From Yuukianura sp. NJ FZ-2021 (taxonomy: Eukaryota), in NCBI GenBank assembly GCA_046563655.1, contig CM102284.1:8432001-8496000 (forward strand): a stretch of 64,000 nucleotides of DNA, given 5' to 3'. The notes under the pieces are model-generated. The model searched no databases, had not been told where the DNA came from, and saw only the letters and a list, made by a program, of their open reading frames with translations. This document shows, piece by piece, positions 13,701 to 26,209 of this stretch; position 1 is the stretch's first letter, and the number at the start of each line of letters is the position of its first letter. Made by a program: the position numbers and the translations under genes.

Positions 13701-16700
13701 AAATTTTAAATTTTCAAAATTTTCAAATTTTCAGAATTTTGAGTTTTCTACTTTCACTTTTGTAAAAAAGTCCTTTCTCTTGCTTTCACTTACTCTTTCT
13801 GCGGAGAGAATCGACGGAGTTTATTTATTTCGGCATCCAGGAGGTACAGAACAAAAGCTGAAAAAGTATGAAACTCCAAATTAAAAATTCAGAACATGTA
13901 AGAACTTTTTTAAAAGGAGTTTTTGAAATTTTAAATTGTGGATTTACAGTTGGCTGAAACTGCTGAACTGATGCAAACTGACAGTTCCCAGAGAACGCCA
14001 CTTTCAGAGTGTGATCTGCGTACTTGTGCTGCCAGTGTTTTGAACAAATTGAATTTTTCAGATTCAATTCCAAACTTCCATCGAGACAGACTTTGCCGAC
14101 GTGTGACTGCTCCTCGATTTCTTTCCAAAATCCACTGGGAAAGTGTATCTGCATCTACGTGCTGTTTCACATAATTGGCCAAAAACTTTGGATTTTCCAC
14201 AAGATACTGCTCAACCTTGTCTAAAACAATGAAAAACACAAATTTAGACACAACAGTTTTCAAAAACAAAAAAATTAGTACAATTGCTGCGTTGTTTTTG
14301 ATTTTTCCAGTACCTGGATCCAACGGTTTCATTTTTGTTACTGCAGTAGATGAGCCGGAACCTGTTATAAAAAATTTCGAAATTTCAGAATGCAATTCCT
14401 TCAAAATCAATTCGACTCAAAATTTCAGTTTTTTTGAAGTACAGGTAGGAAAAAGATTGCTTCTGAACAAAATGAGAGCAAATTGGAAATAATGAATGCA
14501 TTGTCACGTAGTGACTTCTCGACTCGAACTTTTATGTTGCTATTTAGGTCATTGCGATTGTGCAAATTTTGCAAAAATGTAGTAAAGTTTTGCAAAAAAT
14601 TTTTGCACCTGAACAATCCACACAAGATCCGCTCACAGCACTTCCCATTTCATCTAAGAACGGAGACCAGCGTAAAAAAGGCAGCACATTTTCACATTCG
14701 ATGCAGAAAACGTTCTTCAACAAATTCACAAAATGTCTTTTGTTTTTTATATGTTTTTGAAATTTTGAAAACTACTGTTGCTATGGAAACCAGTACGTGA
14801 TAACTTTTGATTAGAAGTGTGGCTGACTTCAAAAGGAAATGAAATTGGAAATGAGATTTCCCTGGATTCTCTCTCTTTTGTCACGCTTTCTCTTTTTTTT
14901 CAAAATTCGAAAAACACTTTTTTTTTTGTTCCAGCCTTCGAAACTTTTTGACTTTGCGACTCCTGACGGTGGAAATGGTTCGCTAGAGCGGAAAAAATCA
15001 ATTGAGATGACGAAGAAGAGAGGCTGATGAAATGATCTTTTCTGTTCTAAAACAGACAACGTTAGAGAGGATCCTTGCAAATTTTTTGCAAAGATTTTTT
15101 GCAGAATCGTCTACTTTTTGCAACATCCGGAATCCCTTTCCTCACTTTGGCTTCATTCGTAAACTGTCTAGGCAGATCCTAAATCTTCTGGCAAACTCTG
15201 AAATAGAAGGAGAAAGTTGAACCTTTTTAGTCTAAAAGAGAAGCTGCAAAAACTTTCACTTTTGTAAAAATATCACGACCCGCTTCGGATTATATGCAAA
15301 CAGTGTTTACCTAATCCTAGCCTAATCTTGTAGTCTAAAAAACTGGAAAGTTAAACTTTTGTTCTATTGTTATAAAAAAGGAAGTTTTTGTTGAAAGTGA
15401 AGTGGAAACTGACTCTTGTGAAACTTTAGACGCAGAGTGAGTCACGCTAACTTTCTGCGGTGGAGAAAGTTGGAAGAATGGGAACAACTTTTTCTTTTTG
15501 CCAAACTGGATTTGCAACAGGTACTTTCACTACTTTCACCAAGTCAACCCAGACACAAAACATGTTTGTCCACACTGCAACGCATGTTAGTGGCAAAGTG
15601 ACCTTTGACCTTTACAACGAGGTCAACAGACACCAAATTGCATCAACACAAATGACAAATTTTCAACCAAAAAAACCAAAAACTCAAAAAACAAAAAAAA
15701 ATCCACCAAAAAAGTAAAATTTCAACAGGAAAGAGAAACACAAGAGAAAACTTCAACAAAAACAGAAAATGAAAGAATTCAACAGGAAAGAGAAAACTGG
15801 ATATTTTCTTCATTTTTGTTTTTAAATTTTTGTGACTGACCTGTAAGGCTCATGGGCCCTTTGAGAAGTTTCTCAAAGGGAGAAGTGAGTTGGCTGTTTG
15901 ATGACGAAGTGAGTGACAGTCGTGGTCCACTGCTGGACACGCTGGAACTGCTCCCATGGTGTCCAGGACTGGCCAAAAACAGGGGCCCTTCTGAAGGGAC
16001 ACATCCTTGGTGGTACTTGGAGGTCGAAGGGCTCCCTCCGCAGTGCCCCCCACTGGGGGACGAGGGCAGGGACAAAGTTGGCAACTGACAAGGACGTTTG
16101 CAAGTACTCAAGAAATTCTCAGATCCTGTTTGGATTCTAGAAGGCGAAGGAGTTCGCGGACGAAAAGTCGTTGGTCTGCCAGGCGACAACAGGCGACCGC
16201 GTTTCTGCCGATCTCCTGGACCATCTCCTGACAAAATTTTCAAAATTTCATTTCAAAATTTTGAAAACATGAAATTTTTGAAATTTGTTGCTTGCCTGGA
16301 AGAATGAGTGGTGGGAGTTTGTTGCGATTTGGCCTGGAAGACTTGGAAACCTTCATGGCCTGAAAAGTAACAGTGGCTTTCGTAGAACAAGGTAATTGCA
16401 AAGACTGGTAACGCCCAGAGCCACCGCTGCCCCGCCGCTTGACTCCACCAAGATGGTGGCTCCTGCCCTCCGTCGTTCCAACTCGACTCACCACAATTTG
16501 AATCTAAATGCCAAAAATAAAAGTGGGATCCTTTTTGTGTCTTAATTTCCCTACGCACTTCGTGATTCGCGATTCAAAATAACATTTTAATTGACCTCTA
16601 CGCTCGATTTACCCACGTCAACAACTCCTCCAGATTTTTTCAACAAAAATAGAAAGTCACAGAGTCCTTCTTTTCTTACATCACAATTAGCCTCCGCCAT

Positions 16701-17024
16701 TTCAATCAATTTTCTAAGATTGGAATCATCGACTTTTCGATCTCCATCAAACAAGTTCCCCAACATTTTTTTTGTAAACTTTCTCTGTCCAATGATTTTC
16801 AATCAGGTCATTCACCACTTTTACATAAAAAAAATACATCTAACTTTCTTCTTAAACAAAAAAGGAAAACCTAGCTTAGCTTTTTGACTAGAGAAAGTCT
16901 AGCGGCAGTTGTGATACTAGATTAGATCCAAGATCTTCAAAAAAGTGTTAATTTTTTTTACCTGTTCTGCTCCTTGTTGAGGAGGAAGTCGAAAATGAAG
17001 ATTGAGTGACACGCAGTTGGACAT
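10751..17024 (-). CDS. Dual-GAF cyclic nucleotide phosphodiesterase, PDE10A/pde-5-like (paralog B), with alternative first exons
   Basis: Long form: exon 17024-16962 ([21 protein letters not shown]), exon 16359-16296, GC-AG intron, Ser/Pro-rich exon 16227-15841, exon 14361-14313, then GAF domains and catalytic motifs [42 protein letters not shown]; stop at 10751. Catalytic core is secure; 5' exon chain is inferred from frame compatibility. Confidence 0.9.
14609..14648 (-). CDS. Alternative first coding exon of PDE paralog B ([13 protein letters not shown])
   Basis: ATG at 14648, 40 nt, phase-1 donor CAG|GTGCA compatible with the phase-1 acceptor of exon 14361; MGxxxS myristoylation pattern plus two Cys. 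Confidence 0.7.
14777..14790. promoter_or_regulatory. RFX X-box GTTGCTATGGAAAC (internal promoter of PDE paralog B)
   Basis: Matches X-box consensus; minus-strand TATAAAA near 14750 lies between it and ATG 14648. Confidence 0.7.
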
Positions 17025-18188
17025 CGACTTAAGCGAAACTGTTTTTCTCGCTTTTCAACAACTTTTCAATTTTCTCAGAAGTGAAAGTTTTCTCCTGAAT
17101 TCAATGTGACTAACACGCTAAACTGAAGTGCTGTCAACCTTAAAACTTAGCTTTTTGTGAAAACCTGACTTAATTGTTTGGACTAACTTTATGTAAATTA
17201 CCTTTGGAGAAAGAGGCGGGAGAGTGAAAGCAGGAGAGCAGCAACTCATGACGCAAATAAAAATGTGTGCGTCTCTTTTCGGACGGAATAAAAGTCTCCA
17301 GGAGGCTATTTCTGTCAAGAGTCAACTGAATTATTTTTAGGATTTGGGTAAAAGTGAAAGTGAAGTTGTGGAAGAGGCAATTAAGTGCGGATCAAATGCT
17401 TCCTTTACTTTATTTGTCCATTTTCCTCCTGAAGAGGCTTCTTTCGTCCAATTTGAGTGGAATGATCATTAATTTCCAGGAGAAAGTTGTGTGTTTTCTC
17501 TGGGGAAAGCATTAGGCTAAGGTCATTAACAAAGACCTTCAGGTAGGAAATGGGTGAAGCTTAAGACCCAATTTCCTCTAGCAACCTACAAATTCACCAT
17601 TTAACTTCCAATTAAGCACAGGAAATTCAACTTCACAAACAGCAAATGTCAAATTCATCAAAAAAAAAATTGGAATTTTTTCTTTTGTTTTAGCTTCTTG
17701 CCATTTAAAATATTCTATTGTGCACCACAGTTTTTTTTCCAATCTAAACACCATGCTAGAAAAAAATTAATTTCAAGTGGCGTTGAAACTTGACATTCTT
17801 TTTTTCAAAAATTAACAACTTAATTTCACAATTTCAAAAAAAAATGTGTTAATTTTCTAAAATCTAATCCAGATTTTGAAAGATAAGTTTAGTAAATCAC
17901 TAACGTTTGAACAATAAATCTCTGTGCTCTATCGTGTCTTTTTTCTCCTTTGAAGCTTCTCCCGGTGTTGGTGGCGCGCTACAAAATATCAAACACCTTT
18001 CAAACTAAATAAGTTTCGCCAACTTTGGATTTTCATTTGAATAAGTTCTAAACACAACAATTAATTGTGATTTCGACCAGATTGACTTAAGTTTTAAGTT
18101 GAATTGTAAATTTTGCAAATATTTTACAACTAACAGCCATCCAGCAACTGGTTTTAAAAGTCATTTTTTGTGTGTTATTTCTTGAAAA

Positions 18189-18906
18189 ATGAATTCAGCG
18201 GTTTCTAACTGGGAAACTCGGTCGGTTGCAGCCAAACTGATTTACTGTGCAGACTTTGCAGCAAGAAAACACAAAGATCAAAGACGAAAAGATCCTGAAC
18301 AAACGCCTTACGTCAACCACCCGCTCGGTAATTCCAAAAAATTATTTAAAAAATATATTTTTCAAAATTTTAAACAAAATATAAAATTTTATATTTTAGG
18401 AGTAGCCAAAGTCCTAATGGAAAATGGAATTGAAGACATCGATATCCTCCAAGCAGCCATTCTGCACGACACTCTTGAAGATACGGAGACTACTTATGCT
18501 GAACTGGAACAAGAATTTGGTCCAACGGTAGCCTTGCAATAGTATTTCAAAATTTTGAATTTTTTTGAAATTTTGAGTTTTAAATTGTGAAATTTGGACT
18601 TAGGTAGCCGGAATTGTTTTGGAGGTGAGCGATGACAAAGATTTGGCCAAAGAAGAGCGAAAACGACTACAAATTTTAACGGCGCCGCAGAAATCGCCGT
18701 CGGCGAAGATCGTGCGAATGGCGGACAAGATTTATAACTTGCGTGATTTGACGCGTGTTCGTCCTGCGTCATGGACGGAAGAACAGGCAGAAGCGTATTT
18801 TGAATGGGCTGAAAGTGTCGCAGAAGGAGTTTACGACGCAAATGAAACGCTGGCCAACATCCTCAAAGACATTTTTGCAAACCACAAGAAGCAACGACAG
18901 TCTTAG
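18189..18906 (+). CDS. HDDC3: MESH1 / HD-domain (p)ppGpp 3'-pyrophosphohydrolase
   Basis: Three exons; ADFAARKHKDQRRKDPEQTPYVNHP, AAILHDTLEDT, EVSDDK, ADKIYNLRDL, YFEWA. Confidence 0.95.
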
Positions 18907-19013
18907 TTAAGTCTTTTAACTAACACTTTACTAACCAAGAAGTGGTAACAATTTTGACTAAACTTTTTAAACTAAAACTATTCTTGAAAACACTTTTTTG
19001 ATGAAATTTCAAG

Positions 19014-19958
19014 TCACCAAGGACAGTTGTGTCCGAGTAGGTTAGAGGAAGGAGTTAAGGCAGAAGATTGAAGGCCCAAACTGTCAATAATTCGGTGAAC
19101 TTTGGCCCTGGTTTTTCTGTAAACATTTTTTCTTCCTTGGGATAAGATCCACATCCCCTCTGAAAAATTTCGAAATTTTGAAACTTCAAAATTTCGAAAC
19201 TTCAAAATTGAGTTAAATTCTGTCTTGAATTACCAAATCTCAATGAGCCAACTTGGATACACGAATATTTGATGGTGTAGGTTGAATAGTCGGTCATCAG
19301 AACACGATAGGGAAAGTGTACTGAAACTAAAACAACAAAAATTTTGTAAAATTTTGAAATCAAAATCATAAAATTTCGAAATTTTGGAATTACCTGGAAC
19401 AGGTCTATGAGTAAGGAAGAGTTCCAGTACCAAGTCTGCCGTTGTGCTGTTTTTGTCCACAAACGTCGTATGACCTGTCAGCCTCACAACAGTTTTTGTT
19501 CTAAAAAATTACAAATTTTTTAAAAGTTCACTTTTTTGAAAATTCCATGAAATTTTTTGAAAACATTGTCACGTACAAAGTTTCAATTTGTCTGATGTCC
19601 ACATCAAAATTTGGTAAGTAGTCGACTGTTGTGCAAGCAGTTGTTGCTTGAACTGCAAACCAATACTTTTCAGTATCATACCACCTTCCAGCATACTCAA
19701 ATTTAAAAAAAAAAAAAGTTTTAAAAAAAATTCAACTTTTTAAAATTTTTGACAAAAAATTTTTTGAACGTGAATTCTAACCTTTGTAACGTTCAAGTTT
19801 GGCATAGGTGGAGGATTTGGACAAATTCCTCTTGAAATGAGTTGAGCGCTGACCGAGGTCAGCGTCAAGGTCAACACCGTCAAAACCGTCATGACGGTCA
19901 ACGTCTTATTGACTGACGTCTTTGTCGTCATGATGGACAGCCCGAAACTGACTGTCAT
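19014..19958 (-). CDS. Apolipoprotein D-like lipocalin
   Basis: Signal peptide, GICPNPPPMPNLNVTK-YAGRWY (lipocalin GxW motif), YRVLMTDYSTY, GMWILS, C-terminal NCPW. Start codon uncertain (19958, 19931 or ~19892). Confidence 0.88.
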
Positions 19959-20570
19959 CGTCACAAAGTGGACAATAGGAAAGCAGTGATGATCGTTGCA
20001 TGATTTGTTTGTCGTGAATTAGCAGAAGTTGTTTGATTACTGTTTCCCAAGGGTGCCCTTGGGAGGGGGACTTTGAGGGGCCCTTGAGGCATCTTGTCTC
20101 TCCTTTTAGTAATTTTCCCTACTTGTTCTCATGTTGTGATATGTTTGGGGTTCAATTGAAATGTTGATTTCAATTAGCCAACTGATGCTAACTTCACGAA
20201 ATCGTAACAATCCCACGTAAACTTGTTCTTGCTTGGTCACTGCGCTTGCGCAACAAGCAACAATTAAATCCGCCATTTTTGTCTCCACATCTTGCTTCAT
20301 CATGTTTCTACTTTTGGAAATTCAGGTTTTCGAGAGTTCAAAGTTTTTGGCTATCTGATTTTCTGGTTCAAAATTTCGAAATATTGGAACCAGAATGGAA
20401 GTTACCGATTTACACAACCTAAATTCAACTTTTGCTCAAATACCCTCCATTTTGTGTGATGTTTAAAAGACGTTTATTTCTGCAATATGTAATAATATTA
20501 AAAAGTACTAAAATGTACTAAAAACTTTAAAAAAAAGGTAAAAAATGTTAACAAAAGCGTTTTTTTTTGT

Positions 20571-23500
20571 CTAAAAGTAGAGTGTGAGTGACGAAGTGGA
20601 CTGAAGCGTGTCTGTTTTGTGTGCAGTGCTTGTGCTGGGTGACAAACTATAAGTTTCCAGTGGGGTGACACTCGTGTCAGGGTCAATTTCAAACCCATTG
20701 CTATTGGCACTGCTGGCTGGTCCACTTGACCCCCCGGGGGTCATTGACCTCACTCTCATCGTACCCCCCAAACCCCCCGCCCCCGCTCGGATAATAGGCG
20801 TCACTTTCTGTTTCTGGATGACCTTGGGGGACCAAGTGACGCTTTTTGGTCTCGTGCCCCCCTCGGGGGTATTTCCGAAGCCGTTGGGGGGTTCGAGGGG
20901 GGTCAAGCCATTCGTGAACCCCGGGGGTGCGTTCACTAAAATCGGAGAAGTGATGTTCATCGATCTGATTTTGTTGGAACGTCGCAAACTGCTGGGTTGT
21001 TGACCCAATTTGTGTAGAGCCAATGGGTTGCTGATGTTTCTTTCAAAAATCCGTTTTTGAAAATCTTGCGACTGAATTTTCCGTCGTTTTCTAAAAATTT
21101 TGAAAAAGACAGTGTAAAATAGACTCTTGTTTTAGTTCGCACATTTACTCCTTCCGGCGTACCTGCAGTATCCAAAGTACAAGACGATTCCAATTGAAAT
21201 TGAAAAAACTACTAAGACTAATGCCGAAATTGCAGCGATTTTGAACGAATCCAAATCAGCTTCTACTAGACGCTCTTCTGCTTGAAAGTTGTTCAAACGA
21301 ACAACTACTGGCACAAAAGCTTCCCGTGGTGGCTCGCCAGTATCTTTAGCCACCACTAAAAACATCATTTCACGTTTCACTATAGTCTTGTTCTTCAAAT
21401 ACAGTCGCCTATAAAACAACAGTTTTTCAAAATTTGAGAAAATTCCAAGTTTTCTCATCTTTTTCTTTTCTCAAAATTGAAGTTTTTGCTTGAGTTACCC
21501 GTTGGAGTCGACGCGAATGAGATTCGTATTTTTGATTTCGAGTGAAATGCGGTCGTCCAAGTCTCCGTCTGCGACTTCAATTTGACCCAGCATTTGACCT
21601 CTACTTACTCCCTCCATTGAGACGTTGAACTCGTAAAAGGCTTGTCTAAACCTCGGACTCCAGTCATTCACGTTCAGAACTTGGATAAAAACTGCAGTAC
21701 TTGCATTCTAAAACATTTAACGAACAAAACTGAGTTGGAGAATTTCATCTTTTAGTACAAAGTTAAACTACTAATTTTGAAGCGCAGAATCTTTCCAAAG
21801 GCGGTTAGGAGTAAAAATTTGGTTTCAGATTTTGGAAAATCTTAGTGATGAAATCAAAATTTTGGAAATTTTAAATTTCGAAATTTGGAGATTGCACCTG
21901 AAATCCATCAGTGACAGAGATGCGTAGACTATGTTTCTGGTGAGCTTCATAGTCTAGACTGTTTTTTAGAAAAAGTTGTCCCATTGGCCCAAGTTGGAAT
22001 AGATTGAGTGGTTGTTCCCCCTGGGGGTGGAGGTTAAATTTTAAATTTCTGTCTGCTGGGCGAGAAGTTAGAGCTGTAAAAAGAATTGTTCCAACTGGAG
22101 CATTCTCTGGCACACTGATGTGGAATTCTGTTTGAACAAAGTGCAAAGGAGCAGTATGGCTCCCCTTCTTCCCAATATTCAAAGTGGAAATTGCGTAGCG
22201 GTCGGCATTGTCAATTTGCTCAGCCTGAAATTTCAAAATTTCACAAAATTTTGAGAAATTTTCAAAAAACAAAGTTGATTTTCTCACTTTGAGAACCAAG
22301 GTCAGCGGTTGGTTGAGCTGATCATCAGGAATGTCGCGCGTCAAAGAAATCCGGCCAGTTTTGGGATCCAGGCGAAAGTAAGACGCTTCAGGACGACCTA
22401 AGGAACAAAACAGTTTTAAAAAATGTCAAAATTTTGAGTTTTTTTTTCTCAAAATTTTGAAATTTTACCTTCCGGAAAAGTGAGGCGTAGTGGTGCATTG
22501 ATTCCAGTGTCTTGGTCAACGGCTCTGATTGGTCCAGGCTCAATGTCCAGCACAAGTCCAGCTTTTGCTTGACGCGGGAGCAGTGCTGAGTAGGAGACGT
22601 ACTCAAATCTGTTCAAAAGCAAATTGTTCAAAACCAAAAGTTCAAATTTTCAAAACTTAAAAATTGTAATTAGTACCTTGGATTGAGGTCATCTGAGTCG
22701 ATGACATTGACCTGCAATGTCGTGTCACTAAAAAGCGGTGGAACCCCGTGGTCACTGACCCTTAAGGTCACGTTGAACTTTGACATTGACTCGAAGTCCA
22801 GCGGGCGACTCAAGGTCAACCGCCCTTCAAATCCCCCTCCAGCAAACGCCACCAGATTCTACATTTCGAAATTTCAACATTTAGCTTTCCAATTTTAAAA
22901 ATCTTGACAATGAAATTTTAATAAAATTTTGAAGAGTAATTTCCTAGAAAGGAATAATTGTTTGAATTTAACTGCGGATGAAGTTGAGTGATTTCTTTTC
23001 TTACTGATGGTTTCCCATGCGCATCTAATGCTGAAAACGTGAGAGTCGAATATGGCCCATGTTGATCCATGTCAATTGCCTACCAAAACACCAAGTTCAA
23101 TCATTGTCACATTTATTTTGACACCCTTAAGGGCCCTCTGTCACAACCGGAGGCCCTTAAGGGTCCCCTTACCTTGAGTCCAGTCAATACCGTTGACCCC
23201 GGTAGAGTTTGTTCCGACACGTTCACGGTAAAGGGGCCTTCGAGCCACGTCGGTTTGTTGTCGTTGACATCCGACACTCGGATGGTCACCGGTATCGAAA
23301 TGCTCTGCAAAAAGATCAACATGTTTTACATTTTATGTTGATCGTTTTGTTGTTGAACATTTTGCAAGTCCGGAGGGAGTCCTCAAGTGTCCGCCGTATT
23401 CTGAGTCCAAAAGTCTGAATAGACAGACACTTCTGCTCTACTAATTTCATAAGACTCAAAACGCATCGAACCAATTACTCTTTGAATTAACAAAGTGAAA

Positions 23501-26209
23501 GACCTCTTACTACTCAAAAGTAACAATTGCGTGTGCCATTTTCAACAAACCAAAATTTCAAGAATGGCGGACGAAACCAGTTTGCAAAAATTTCGCAACG
23601 TTTTATCCCTCTGTAGTCAACTTATTTTGCCGAAAAGGAACTCGGAAGGGGGGATTTTGCAAAAGTGAAAACATTTTTTTTTTGCAATTTTTTGTTAAAA
23701 CTTACGGGTTCGTTGTTGAGTCTTGTGTCGCAGAGGACTGTGAAGGACACTGTGGAGGGCCCTTCGACTCCTTCCTTGTCCAGCTTCTTCGTCAACGTTA
23801 AATTTTTGGAGTTCGGTTCGATTCGAACCGGGGCCGTCGGTTCACGCAGGCGCAGAACAATGTCTCTCCGCGGGTCACCTTGCACCTCCAGAACACCTAT
23901 CAAAATTTAAGCAAAATTATTCCACCAAAATTCGCAAATTCAGGGGCAGATGAATCATCACAGGGGAAACGTTGAACATAAACGAGAAATTGGCAAAATT
24001 TTTTGCAATTTTGCGGATTCAAGTTTCTTGAAAAAAAATGTGCTTTCGCTCTGAGTAAACATCGTGAAATTTCGGACTGTCGCTCGCTTGTTAGAAAGCA
24101 ATTTGGGAGGCAGCAATTTCTTAAATTTTTGCACGCTTTGATTAATTTCTTACACTTTGACTAATTTCTTCCACGTGATTAATGAACATGGCCACTGTCA
24201 TCATGATCATGCTGTGATTTGGCAATGTGTGTTAAATGGAAAAAGTGGATCTTCTAATGGTATGAACATGACAGATACACTTTTGTGCACAACACAAAAC
24301 ATTTCCTGACTCAAGAGGATCCTCATTTGAAATGGATGTCACACTTAAAAGCGCCGTAAATCAAAAAACCTTGCCACATTTCAATTAAAAGTGAAATCAA
24401 ATTCATACAAAAAAAAGTTTTGAGAAAAATTTAATTGCTTACCAAGATTGAATCCAATGGGAGCATCTTCACTCACAAAAAACGAAACAGAAGAACTTCC
24501 ACTTGTCAAAAAACAACGCGAGTCACTTCCACCTGAAATCACACAAAAACACAAAAATTGCCAATTTTGAAAACACGGTTTCTAAAATTTTTCAGAACTT
24601 TCAATTTCCAAAAAATTTTCACCTTAGTCGAACTATTATTTTGTATCAATTGACTGCTAATCGCTGCATCTTTTTCAGAAACTTTTCGTTTTTTTTTAAA
24701 CTTTTTTTTTGCGAGAAGCAATTTGCAAACTTTTGTGAATGAAATCGCATGAAGTTGCATGCAAAAAACACAAGGAGAGTGTAACGCATCATTTTTCTTT
24801 TTTCAAAGTCATTTATTTCTTGTCGTGATGATCTCTGTCTCATTTGAAATGCTTTGACTATTATTACACACCAATCACAAAGTAATTAGAACTCTCCGCT
24901 CATTTCCCTAAGACCATCACCCACTCATTACTTTTGCACAAATTGCAACAGTACTTTCGTCCAAATTGTTGCAAAAAGCATCAGGGACAAGAAGATGACA
25001 AGAAGACACAAGGTGTGTGCAAAAGATTTGAAAGATTTCTGTGTCTCAAATCACTCACTTTTTAATCACAACAGAATGAATCTCGCTTTTTTAATTTTCT
25101 ACATTTTTGTCTTCCTCTGACTTTCCATTAGGCTTTTCTAAAAACCAGAATGAAAGTAGGTATTCTTTCCAAAATTTTGAAAACCAATTTTACATTTTAA
25201 CCCATTTTGGAAGTAACTCACATTAACTTTTTTTTTTGCTTTGAAGAAAGGTTGAATCGAAGCGGAGTTCCTTTGTGCTAATAAGAGTTTGAGTGGAAGG
25301 CGTGAGGAACCTATTAGGAACAAAGTGTCCACGTTCACTCGTGTTATTTTGCGTACTAAAAAATAACATTAACTTTAATACTTAAGTATTTAGTTTTCAG
25401 AAAGTTTGTACTTAAGTAATTACTGAAGTAATTACATTTCAAATTACTTTACTAAACGGAAAAACATTAATTACTTTACACGATCCATCAATAAAAACAA
25501 AACGCGTTAAGTAGACTGTAGAGATTCGAAATTTGCAAATTCGCACACAAGTGCAAAATGTGAACTATTGTGTGCAAATTTTAACATAGTGTTTTGAATG
25601 ACCCTTGAGGTTCGATACTTGACCTGGAGATAGGTGTGACGACATTGTTTGCTGAAAATAATGGACAATGTAATTAAAACCCTGTTGCGAAATTTTAAAA
25701 ATTGGCACACGAGGTGCTTGACTCTTTGAGAATCGTGATCTTCAAGCATCCAAGGATCTTCTTCATCATTTTTTCAAAAAATGTCACACCTTCCGTACTT
25801 TGTGCAAAAAACTGTCTATTTAAGAGTTTAGCAAGGATGTGCAAAAACATTGAAGTTGCGTTGTTGAACTTCTGAAGGGAGAAGATGCAAGAGCGGAACG
25901 TGCCCGTAAATTGCAAAAATCCAATTTAGAAAAAGGCTTTTTCATAATTAAAAGTTTACGGAAACTTGAGATGGAGGCTGCAATTTTTTGTTTGCCTTGT
26001 AACATTAAACTAAGCTTAGAAAAATTATAGTAATAAAAAGCTAAACTCAAACTCATCCTTTTCAATTATTTCCAAAAACGCGCAAAAATTTGCAAGTTTG
26101 CAAAAAATTTTAACTTACCTTTACACCAGCCGAAAAACGTGCTGAGGAGAAGCAGAAAAGTCGATGCTTTAAAAGTTCTTGTCCATAAACCATCAAATGC
26201 TTTGGCCAT
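20571..26209 (-). CDS. Non-classical cadherin with signal peptide, about 5-6 cadherin repeats, TM helix and cytoplasmic tail (Cad96Cb-like by recall)
   Basis: ATG 26209 signal exon; SFFVSEDAPIG, LDKEG, VSDVNDNKP, LDFE, DSDDLNP, VPENAPVG, LDYE, NVNDWSP motifs; TM IAAISALVLVVFSISIGIVLYFGYC followed by RKRRK; ends TLYF. Confidence 0.87.

Noticed and set aside
18189-18906. Horizontally acquired bacterial SpoT hydrolase
   Set aside because: It has spliceosomal introns and MESH1 is a normal animal gene.
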